Shown one piece after another: positions 1-5,989 of a stretch of DNA of 32,000 nt. Below the pieces are notes generated by a model. It saw nothing but the letters and a program-made list of their open reading frames with translations. It was not told where the DNA came from and made no database searches. The stretch spans positions 3,600,001 to 3,632,000 of the forward strand of contig NZ_LN831024.1 of the NCBI RefSeq assembly GCF_001457615.1, written 5' to 3'. The position numbers and the translations under genes were made by a program. Position 1 is the first letter of the stretch. Each line of letters begins with the position of its first letter. The DNA comes from Pseudomonas aeruginosa. GTDB taxonomy: Bacteria; Pseudomonadota; Gammaproteobacteria; Pseudomonadales; Pseudomonadaceae.

Positions 1-539
1 AGATCTTCAAGAGCATCAGCTACGAAGGTGTGCCGGACATCCGCATCATCGTACTGATGGGCTACCCGGTGATGGCCATGCTGCGCCTGCCGACCCGGCA
101 GTCGGGCGGCAAGGCCAACCTGCATCAGGGCGCCATCGGCGTGGGCGTCGACCTGGCCACCGGTGTCACCCTGCGCGGCACCTGGCTGAACAACAAGATC
201 GCCAAGCACCCGGACACCACCAACGCGGTGGACGGCGTGCAACTGCCGAACTGGGACGGCTTCATGAAGCTGGCGGCCGGTTGCTACGAGTTGTCGGGCC
301 TCGGCTACATCGGCGTGGACATGGTTCTCGACCAGGAGAAAGGCCCGCTGATCCTCGAACTCAACGCCCGCCCGGGCCTGAACATCCAGATCGCCAACGA
401 CAGCGGCCTGGTGCACCGCTGCCACGCCGTCGAGGCGCGACTGGAAGAACTCAAGGCGAAAGGCATCGAAGAGTCCGCGGAAGAGCGCGTACGCTTCTCC
501 CAGCAGCTGTTCGGCCACGTCCAGCAGCACCAGGGCTGA
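1..539 (+). CDS. RimK-related alpha-L-glutamate ligase-like ATP-grasp protein, C-terminal part (5' end outside window)
   Basis: Frame open from the window start (IFKSISYEGVPDIRIIVLMGYPVMAMLRLPTRQSGGKANLHQGAIGVGVDL...GYIGVDMVLDQEKGPLILELNARPGLNIQIAND). The GKANLHQGA and LELNARPGL motifs fit ATP-grasp RimK relatives. Stop TGA at 537-539. Confidence 0.85.
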   Translation, partial: IFKSISYEGVPDIRIIVLMGYPVMAMLRLPTRQSGGKANLHQGAIGVGVDLATGVTLRGTWLNNKIAKHPDTTNAVDGVQLPNWDGFMKLAAGCYELSGLGYIGVDMVLDQEKGPLILELNARPGLNIQIANDSGLVHRCHAVEARLEELKAKGIEESAEERVRFSQQLFGHVQQHQG

Positions 540-556
540 CGTGCTTCCGGTATGAA

Positions 557-583
557 GAAGCCCGGCTCCGGCCGGGCTTTTTC
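557..583. terminator. Bidirectional rho-independent terminator between convergent genes
   Basis: AAGCCCGGC-TCCG-GCCGGGCTTTTT: near-perfect stem, T tract on + and GAAGAA (T-rich on the minus strand) on the other side; lies between convergent CDS ends at 539 and 596. Confidence 0.85.
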
Positions 584-595
584 ATGTCTCGGATT

Positions 596-1786
596 TCAAC
601 GCACCACGGCCAGCTCGAAGCCGCCCTGCCGGGCGTGCTCATGCACCTGCATACCCGCCTCGTTCACCGCCAGGTCCTGCAGCGGACGCTTGAACGGCTT
701 GTTGTCGAGGGTTTGCAGCGAGCGGTCCTCGTCGGTGGTCAGCAGCAGCACGTAGCGCTCGCCGCGATTGGCTCGCACCGGCACCGTACCCTCGATGAAA
801 GCGTAGCGATACCAGGTTTCCGGGTTCAGCTTGTACACCGCGTCGCTGACCAGCCGGGTCGGCCGCTTGTGCTCGTCGAGGAACAGCAGCGACGGGTAGA
901 CCACCTGGCGGTTGGCGAAACTGCGGATGCGCAGGCCGTAGACACCCTGGGAGCGCGGCAGCCGGATCGCCGCGTAGAAGCTCCTGCCCATGGGAAAGTC
1001 GAAGCTCGGCGAGAAGCGGTTCAACTCCTCGTAGCGCGGTTCGTCGGCATCCAGTTCGGTGAAGTCGCTCTCGGCGATCTGCTCGCAGCAGCGCCGTTGC
1101 AGGTCCTGGTAGAGATCGTCGATGGTCATCTCGGTGCCCTTGAGCAAAGCCTTCAGCGCATCGCTCTGCTGGCCGGCGCCATCCAGCCCGGGCAACGCCG
1201 TCGGACGTTGCTTGAACTCGATCTGCCGGCCCTCGGTGAAGGCGATCTGCGACGAAGGCGCGGCCTCCCGCTTGAAGCGCGCCGCGCGCTCCTCGGGCGG
1301 GATCTGCGAGTTGTGCATGCGGCCCTTCTCGTCCACCCAGGTGTAGTAGGGACTGCCGTTCTCGCTGCGAACGAAACCCTTGCCCTCGAAGGCCTCGGCG
1401 TCGATGTATTCGGCGGAGTGCTCGCCGTTGGGCAGGACGTAGTCGGCGCGCTGGCCGGCGACCTGGGCGCCGGCATAGAAGCTGTTCTGCACGTTGCCGT
1501 TGGCATCGATCCAGGTGTAGTAGCGACGCTTGCTCTCCCCTCCGCTGCTGTTCCCCGGCCACTGCGTGGCGTTGTCCGCCTTGTTCAGCACCCGCGCCTG
1601 GTCGCTCTGGCCGATGCGCTGCCGCGCCTGGCGCTGCTGGCGGTCGAACTGGCCGTCGACGAAGGTGTTGTGCACCCCGCCATTGTCGTCCACCCAGGTC
1701 AGGTAGCGCCCGCCGGAGGCCCAGCCCGGCGAAGATGCCGGCAGCGCCAGGGAGAAGACGCAAAGTACGATGGATGCGCGCATCAT
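596..1786 (-). CDS. Periplasmic MalM-like protein with N-terminal triple YTWVD/NG repeats (DUF4124-like)
   Basis: 396 aa; hydrophobic signal segment ASIVLCVFSLALPASSPGWA. Three repeats: RYLTWVDDNGGVHN, RYYTWIDANGNVQN, PYYTWVDEKGRMHN. C-terminal part (SFYAAIRLPRSQGVYGLRIRSFANRQVVYPSLLFLDE...) resembles the maltose-operon periplasmic protein MalM. Confidence 0.75.
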   Translation of the reverse strand: MMRASIVLCVFSLALPASSPGWASGGRYLTWVDDNGGVHNTFVDGQFDRQQRQARQRIGQSDQARVLNKADNATQWPGNSSGGESKRRYYTWIDANGNVQNSFYAGAQVAGQRADYVLPNGEHSAEYIDAEAFEGKGFVRSENGSPYYTWVDEKGRMHNSQIPPEERAARFKREAAPSSQIAFTEGRQIEFKQRPTALPGLDGAGQQSDALKALLKGTEMTIDDLYQDLQRRCCEQIAESDFTELDADEPRYEELNRFSPSFDFPMGRSFYAAIRLPRSQGVYGLRIRSFANRQVVYPSLLFLDEHKRPTRLVSDAVYKLNPETWYRYAFIEGTVPVRANRGERYVLLLTTDEDRSLQTLDNKPFKRPLQDLAVNEAGMQVHEHARQGGFELAVVR

Positions 1787-1796
1787 GCTCCAGCCC

Positions 1797-3395
1797 TCAG
1801 AAGGTCGTACGGTAGGTCATGGCGAAAATATAGGCCTTCACCGTGGTGTCCACGTCCAGTCCCGCGTAGGGGTTGTACACCAGGTTGTCGAGCCCGGTGC
1901 AGTTCAGGTTGCAGCTGTTATCGGCCTTGACGCTCTGCTTGGTGACGAAGTAGTTGAAACCGACATCGATCACCGTGTCCTTGTCCCACTGGTAGCCCAG
2001 CCCCAGGCCGTAGAGATTGGCATCGCCGATCGGCACCAGGATGTCCGCCTGGCCCTTGGGGATCGCCGAAGGCCGGTATTCGTAGCCGGCGCGCAGCTGC
2101 AAACGGTCGTTGACGTCGTACTGCACGCCCATGGCCCAGCTCCAGGTATCGCGGTAGCCGCGGTCGAGGGTGATGCTGTGGCTGGTGGCGTCCTTCGAGT
2201 CGAGGTACTTGGCGATGCGCAGCAGGTCAAGCTCGCGGTCGAACTCGATCTTGAACTCGTTCCAGTCGCTGTAGCCGTTCCATTTCAGGTCGAAGTTGAA
2301 TTGCCACTTCTTGAACGGGCGCAGCTTCACGCCGGTGGAGAAGGCATCCGGATAGACCATGTTCATCGTGGCGTTGCCATGCTCTTCATCGACGTTCCCG
2401 TAAGGGAACATCTGGCCGAGGATCGCACCGCCGAGCGACTTGTGCACCCCGGTCCAGAAACCCTGCCAGCCCTGGCCGTAGTCGACCCGGTACTTGCCCT
2501 TGAGCCTCATCCGCGACTCGCTCTGATAGGTCGCGCCCCAGGCGAACCAGTCGGTGGGCTCCCAGAGCACGCCGAGGTTGAAGCTGGGCGACAGCGACTG
2601 CTGCATGTCCAGGTCGATATTGGCCAGGTTCTGGAACGGGCCGATGTTGCCGCCGCAGACGTTGAAGAACACCTCGAGGATCTCCTGCATTCCCGGCAGG
2701 CAACCGATCTCCTTGGTCTGCTGCAACAGCCCGAGCAACTGGTTCGGCGCCCGGAAATCCTCGTTCAACGCTACTGCCTGGTGGGAGAAACCCACCGACA
2801 GGCCGACCGACAGCTCGTCGTTGACCTGGTAGGCCAGGGTCGGCGAGAAGTAGGTGAGCCGCTGCAACGACACCTCGCGTCCCTGGTAGCGCGCCGGATC
2901 GCTATCGGAATCGCGGCTGTAGCCCAGCGCTTGCGGGGTATAGACGTTGGTGGCGAAGGTGAACTTGGAGCCCGGCGGGTTGATCGAGATCCCGGCCAGC
3001 GGCGCCACCAGCAACGGCACGTCGGTCATGCCGCCGAGGCCGGGCAGGTACATGGTCGGGGTCAGGGTCCGGCTGTGGCTGTTGGCGACCGGGTCGTCGC
3101 GCAGGCCGAAGGTGCCTTCGCCGTAGTTCGGCGGCGCCTTGAAGCCGGCGCGGATGTCCATCACCCCTGTAAGCAGCTTCACGGTCGCCTGGCGGCCCTT
3201 CATCCTGGTCAGCGCCGCCGGGTTGTAGTGCACCGAATCGATGCCGGTCTCGTCGGCGGTCACGGCGTTGCCGAGGGCCATGGCTTTCGGGTTGCCGATG
3301 GTCAGGTCGTTGGCCATCTGCGCGCCGGCCGGCGGAATCCAGGCCAGGCACACCCCTGCCAGCGCCAGCCAGAGCGGCGCAATGCGCATCTTCAT
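1797..3395 (-). CDS. OmpP1/FadL-family outer membrane hydrophobic-compound transporter
   Basis: 532 aa; signal peptide MKMRIAPLWLALAGVCLAWIPPAGAQ; AKAMALGNAVTA-type N-terminus, SLSVGFSHQAV, QSESRMRLKGKY, GVQYDVNDRLQLRAGYEYRPSAIP and a C-terminal aromatic residue (MTYRTTF), all typical of FadL-family barrels. Confidence 0.9.
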   Translation of the reverse strand: MKMRIAPLWLALAGVCLAWIPPAGAQMANDLTIGNPKAMALGNAVTADETGIDSVHYNPAALTRMKGRQATVKLLTGVMDIRAGFKAPPNYGEGTFGLRDDPVANSHSRTLTPTMYLPGLGGMTDVPLLVAPLAGISINPPGSKFTFATNVYTPQALGYSRDSDSDPARYQGREVSLQRLTYFSPTLAYQVNDELSVGLSVGFSHQAVALNEDFRAPNQLLGLLQQTKEIGCLPGMQEILEVFFNVCGGNIGPFQNLANIDLDMQQSLSPSFNLGVLWEPTDWFAWGATYQSESRMRLKGKYRVDYGQGWQGFWTGVHKSLGGAILGQMFPYGNVDEEHGNATMNMVYPDAFSTGVKLRPFKKWQFNFDLKWNGYSDWNEFKIEFDRELDLLRIAKYLDSKDATSHSITLDRGYRDTWSWAMGVQYDVNDRLQLRAGYEYRPSAIPKGQADILVPIGDANLYGLGLGYQWDKDTVIDVGFNYFVTKQSVKADNSCNLNCTGLDNLVYNPYAGLDVDTTVKAYIFAMTYRTTF

Positions 3396-3414
3396 AACAG
3401 GCCTCGCTCGCGGG

Positions 3415-4440
3415 TTACTGGGCCTTCAGCCCTTTGATATCGAGGGGTACGGATAACCCCAGCAGTACATCCGGCGAGTCTTCCGTGAGGCCGAAACCGG
3501 CGTTGACGTTGACGATGTAGTCCGGTGACGTCCGCAAGCCGAGCGAGAAGTTCATGATGCTACTGGTCTGTTCGGACGACTCGAACGTACCGGCAGTGGT
3601 GTGGTAGCGGTTCTTCAGCGTGTAGGCCATCTGGTACGAGGTCGCCAGCGAGACGTCGTAGGACAGCGCGTAGGCCATGCCCATGTTGAAGTTGATCGTG
3701 TTGCCGGGCGAGACCTTCTCCAGCTGGGAGTTGTCGGCCAGGGTCTGGTGCACGTCGTCCACCGGCAGGTTCCAGGTGTAGCCGAGCGAGCCGTAGAGGA
3801 CCACCGGGTCGATCACATAGGACATGTTCGCGCCGAAGCCCAGGCTGTAGTAGCCGTTGCCGGTGGAGATGTCCTTGTCCAGGTTGGTCTTGTAGGGACT
3901 GTCGCCGGTCGGCAGGCCGATGGTGGTATACAGCGTGGTGACCGGCCGCCCGCGCACCGCCGCCCAGGGCTGCCAGCGCAAGGTCGCGGAAACGTCGCCG
4001 AGGCTGTAGGCGTGGGTATCCATCTCGGTGTCGTACTTGGCTACCAGCGGCAGGCGGAAACTGAAGGTGAGGTTGTCCCAGATCCCGTAGTCGAAGGTGA
4101 AGGAGTTGGTGAAGGTGTGCTGGGACTGGCTCTGCCGGCCGGCGAGGCCGTAGATCTGCGTGCCGCCGCTGGTCTTGGTCAGCGGCACCAGGGTCAGCCG
4201 CTGGTCGCGCACCAGCGCGTAGTCGAAACCGTAGGTCAGGGTCCGCTCGCCCTTCTTGAGCAAGGTGTAGCTCTTCTCGGCGGCCTGGAAGACCTCCTCC
4301 AGCGCCTTGGCGCTGTCGGCATCGTCATTCTTCTTGGCCAGCGCGTCACGGGCCTGGTCGACCGAGGCTTCCTCGGCAACGGACAAACCGCTGATAGACA
4401 GCATCAGCGCCGCCGCGCATGTGTACCCCCTGATTCTCAT
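3415..4440 (-). CDS. Outer membrane beta-barrel (transporter/porin-like) protein, uncharacterised
   Basis: Likely start at MRIRGYTCAAALMLSISGLSVAEE (signal peptide), 341 aa; charged/coiled-coil-like segment (SVDQARDALAKKNDDADSAKALEEVFQAAEKSYTLLKKG) then alternating beta-strand, aromatic/Gly-rich sequence. The 370-aa ORF extension upstream lacks coding character. Confidence 0.75.
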   Translation of the reverse strand: MRIRGYTCAAALMLSISGLSVAEEASVDQARDALAKKNDDADSAKALEEVFQAAEKSYTLLKKGERTLTYGFDYALVRDQRLTLVPLTKTSGGTQIYGLAGRQSQSQHTFTNSFTFDYGIWDNLTFSFRLPLVAKYDTEMDTHAYSLGDVSATLRWQPWAAVRGRPVTTLYTTIGLPTGDSPYKTNLDKDISTGNGYYSLGFGANMSYVIDPVVLYGSLGYTWNLPVDDVHQTLADNSQLEKVSPGNTINFNMGMAYALSYDVSLATSYQMAYTLKNRYHTTAGTFESSEQTSSIMNFSLGLRTSPDYIVNVNAGFGLTEDSPDVLLGLSVPLDIKGLKAQ

Positions 4441-4480
4441 GGCGCTATCCCCAGAGATTGTTCTTGTTTTTGGGTATCTG

Positions 4481-5242
4481 CTACTTGGTGCGCAGGTGTA
4501 TGACGTCGCCACCAGTGCCCAGCTCACGGACCTGGTTTTCAGTGATCTTGTTGATCTGCGGAAACTCGCGGAACGCCAGCAGGCTGACGGTGCGGTCGTC
4601 CACCAGGCGCATGTCGCGATCGTTCAGCGCCAGCGCGTTGCGGGGCTCCTGCCCACTCGGGAAGATCACGAACAGGACGTTCTGGTCCCAGATTTCCTCG
4701 AAGCGCGTCCGGGTGAAGCTGATGTTGCCCAAGGCCGGATCGGCGACGAAGACGTGATCGTTGTAGACATCGCGCACCACCACGAAATGCTTGAAGCCGG
4801 CATAGTGGATGGGGACCAGCGCCGGATGCTCGAGAGCGTCCAGGTCGCTGAACTCGGCGCGAAAACCACCGCTCTTGTAGCCCAGCGCAGCGGCGTAGCG
4901 CTTCATGTCGAGCAGCGAGAAACCGCGGCGCTGCACGATCTTATCGGCCTCGCCATAGCGCAGCAGTCCTTCCATGACCTGGCGTTCCTCGAGGTTGCGC
5001 CCGAGGTAGTAGTCCAGCAGCGTGGTAAGCGCCGCCGAGCCGCAGCTGTAGTCATAGGCCTGGCGGATGACGTTGCGGAACTGCAACTGGCTCATCGGCT
5101 CCAGCTGCACCGATTCGCGGTAGGGTCCATTGGGGGTCAGAGGCTGGCTGAGGTTGACCGTGCCCTGCGGTTGCGGCTTGGTATCGACCGTCTGGGTGAA
5201 CCCGAACAGCCCGATCAGACTTCCCAGCAAAATCTCGAACAT
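4481..5242 (-). CDS. C39-like cysteine peptidase, probably periplasmic (FilB/FapD-like)
   Basis: 253 aa; YDYSCGSAALTTLLDYYLGR (catalytic Cys context) and ALVPIHYAGFKHFVVVRDVYNDHVFVADPALG (His/Asp context); hydrophobic N-terminus MFEILLGSLIGLFGF; no ABC transporter domain. Confidence 0.8.
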   Translation of the reverse strand: MFEILLGSLIGLFGFTQTVDTKPQPQGTVNLSQPLTPNGPYRESVQLEPMSQLQFRNVIRQAYDYSCGSAALTTLLDYYLGRNLEERQVMEGLLRYGEADKIVQRRGFSLLDMKRYAAALGYKSGGFRAEFSDLDALEHPALVPIHYAGFKHFVVVRDVYNDHVFVADPALGNISFTRTRFEEIWDQNVLFVIFPSGQEPRNALALNDRDMRLVDDRTVSLLAFREFPQINKITENQVRELGTGGDVIHLRTK

Positions 5243-5320
5243 CGCCCCGTCGTACCTCTTTCGGAGAAAGACCCCGCCGATGCCTCGGCGAGGTCTTCGC
5301 GTCTCGACTCGGTTCCTGGA

Positions 5321-5758
5321 TCAGTGACCCCAGACCTTGATGGTGGAACCGGCCATGTTCAGCCCGGAGACGGTCAGCGAGCCGATGCTGGCGGCGCTGG
5401 TGTCGCCCACCTTGATGGCGCCAACGGTCACGTCGCCGGTGATGGCCGGCAGGCCGATGGCCAGTTGCTGGGTCGACTTGCCGCCGATATCGGTGGTGAC
5501 GACGTCGATGGTCAGCGGCTTGGTATCGTCGATGGTCAGCGCCGGCAGGCTGATGTTCTCCAGCCGCAGGGAGCCGCCGTTGGTGTCGGTATCGGTGTAG
5601 GTCACGGCCCCGACGGAGCCCTGGAAAGTACCGGAAATGCTGATGCCTGCCTGGCCGGTCACGTCGGACAGCGCGCCATCGTCCATGGCTTTCAGGTCGG
5701 CATGCGCCAGCAAGGGAGCAGCCAGAACAGCAGTTGCAAGGAACAGGTGCTTTTTCAT
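5321..5758 (-). CDS. Small secreted beta-rich protein (DUF6160 / FilA-like)
   Basis: ATG at 5758 preceded by SD GGAG; signal peptide MKKHLFLATAVLAAPLLAHA followed by DLKAMDDGALSDVTGQAGISISG, a recurrent N-terminal signature of secreted pilus/amyloid-like beta proteins; 145 aa rich in T, G, I and V. Confidence 0.7.
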   Translation of the reverse strand: MKKHLFLATAVLAAPLLAHADLKAMDDGALSDVTGQAGISISGTFQGSVGAVTYTDTDTNGGSLRLENISLPALTIDDTKPLTIDVVTTDIGGKSTQQLAIGLPAITGDVTVGAIKVGDTSAASIGSLTVSGLNMAGSTIKVWGH

Positions 5759-5989
5759 TGTTATTTCTCCAGTGTTCAGGTGTGGTTTGCCCCAGGGCAC
5801 TGCCGTTTGCATCCTGTCCCCGGCAGATCGACCGGCATCTCGCCGGTCTCCAGGTCCGGTACTGCTTCCCTAGGTGTCCCGGACATGGATTCGGTAGAGC
5901 CTCATGCTCTCTCGTCCTGGATTCCAAGCTACTGGGCCACCCCTTCCGCCGCCAGCCCATCCAAGGGATGGAGCGATGGCGGCTGCCGC

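Noticed and set aside
281-1930. 549-aa plus-strand ORF
   Set aside because: Antisense to the MalM-like and FadL genes, with low-complexity R/A/G/L composition and no recognisable domain; high-GC shadow ORF.
1770-3437. 555-aa plus-strand ORF over the FadL gene
   Set aside because: Shadow of a well-supported FadL-family protein on the opposite strand.
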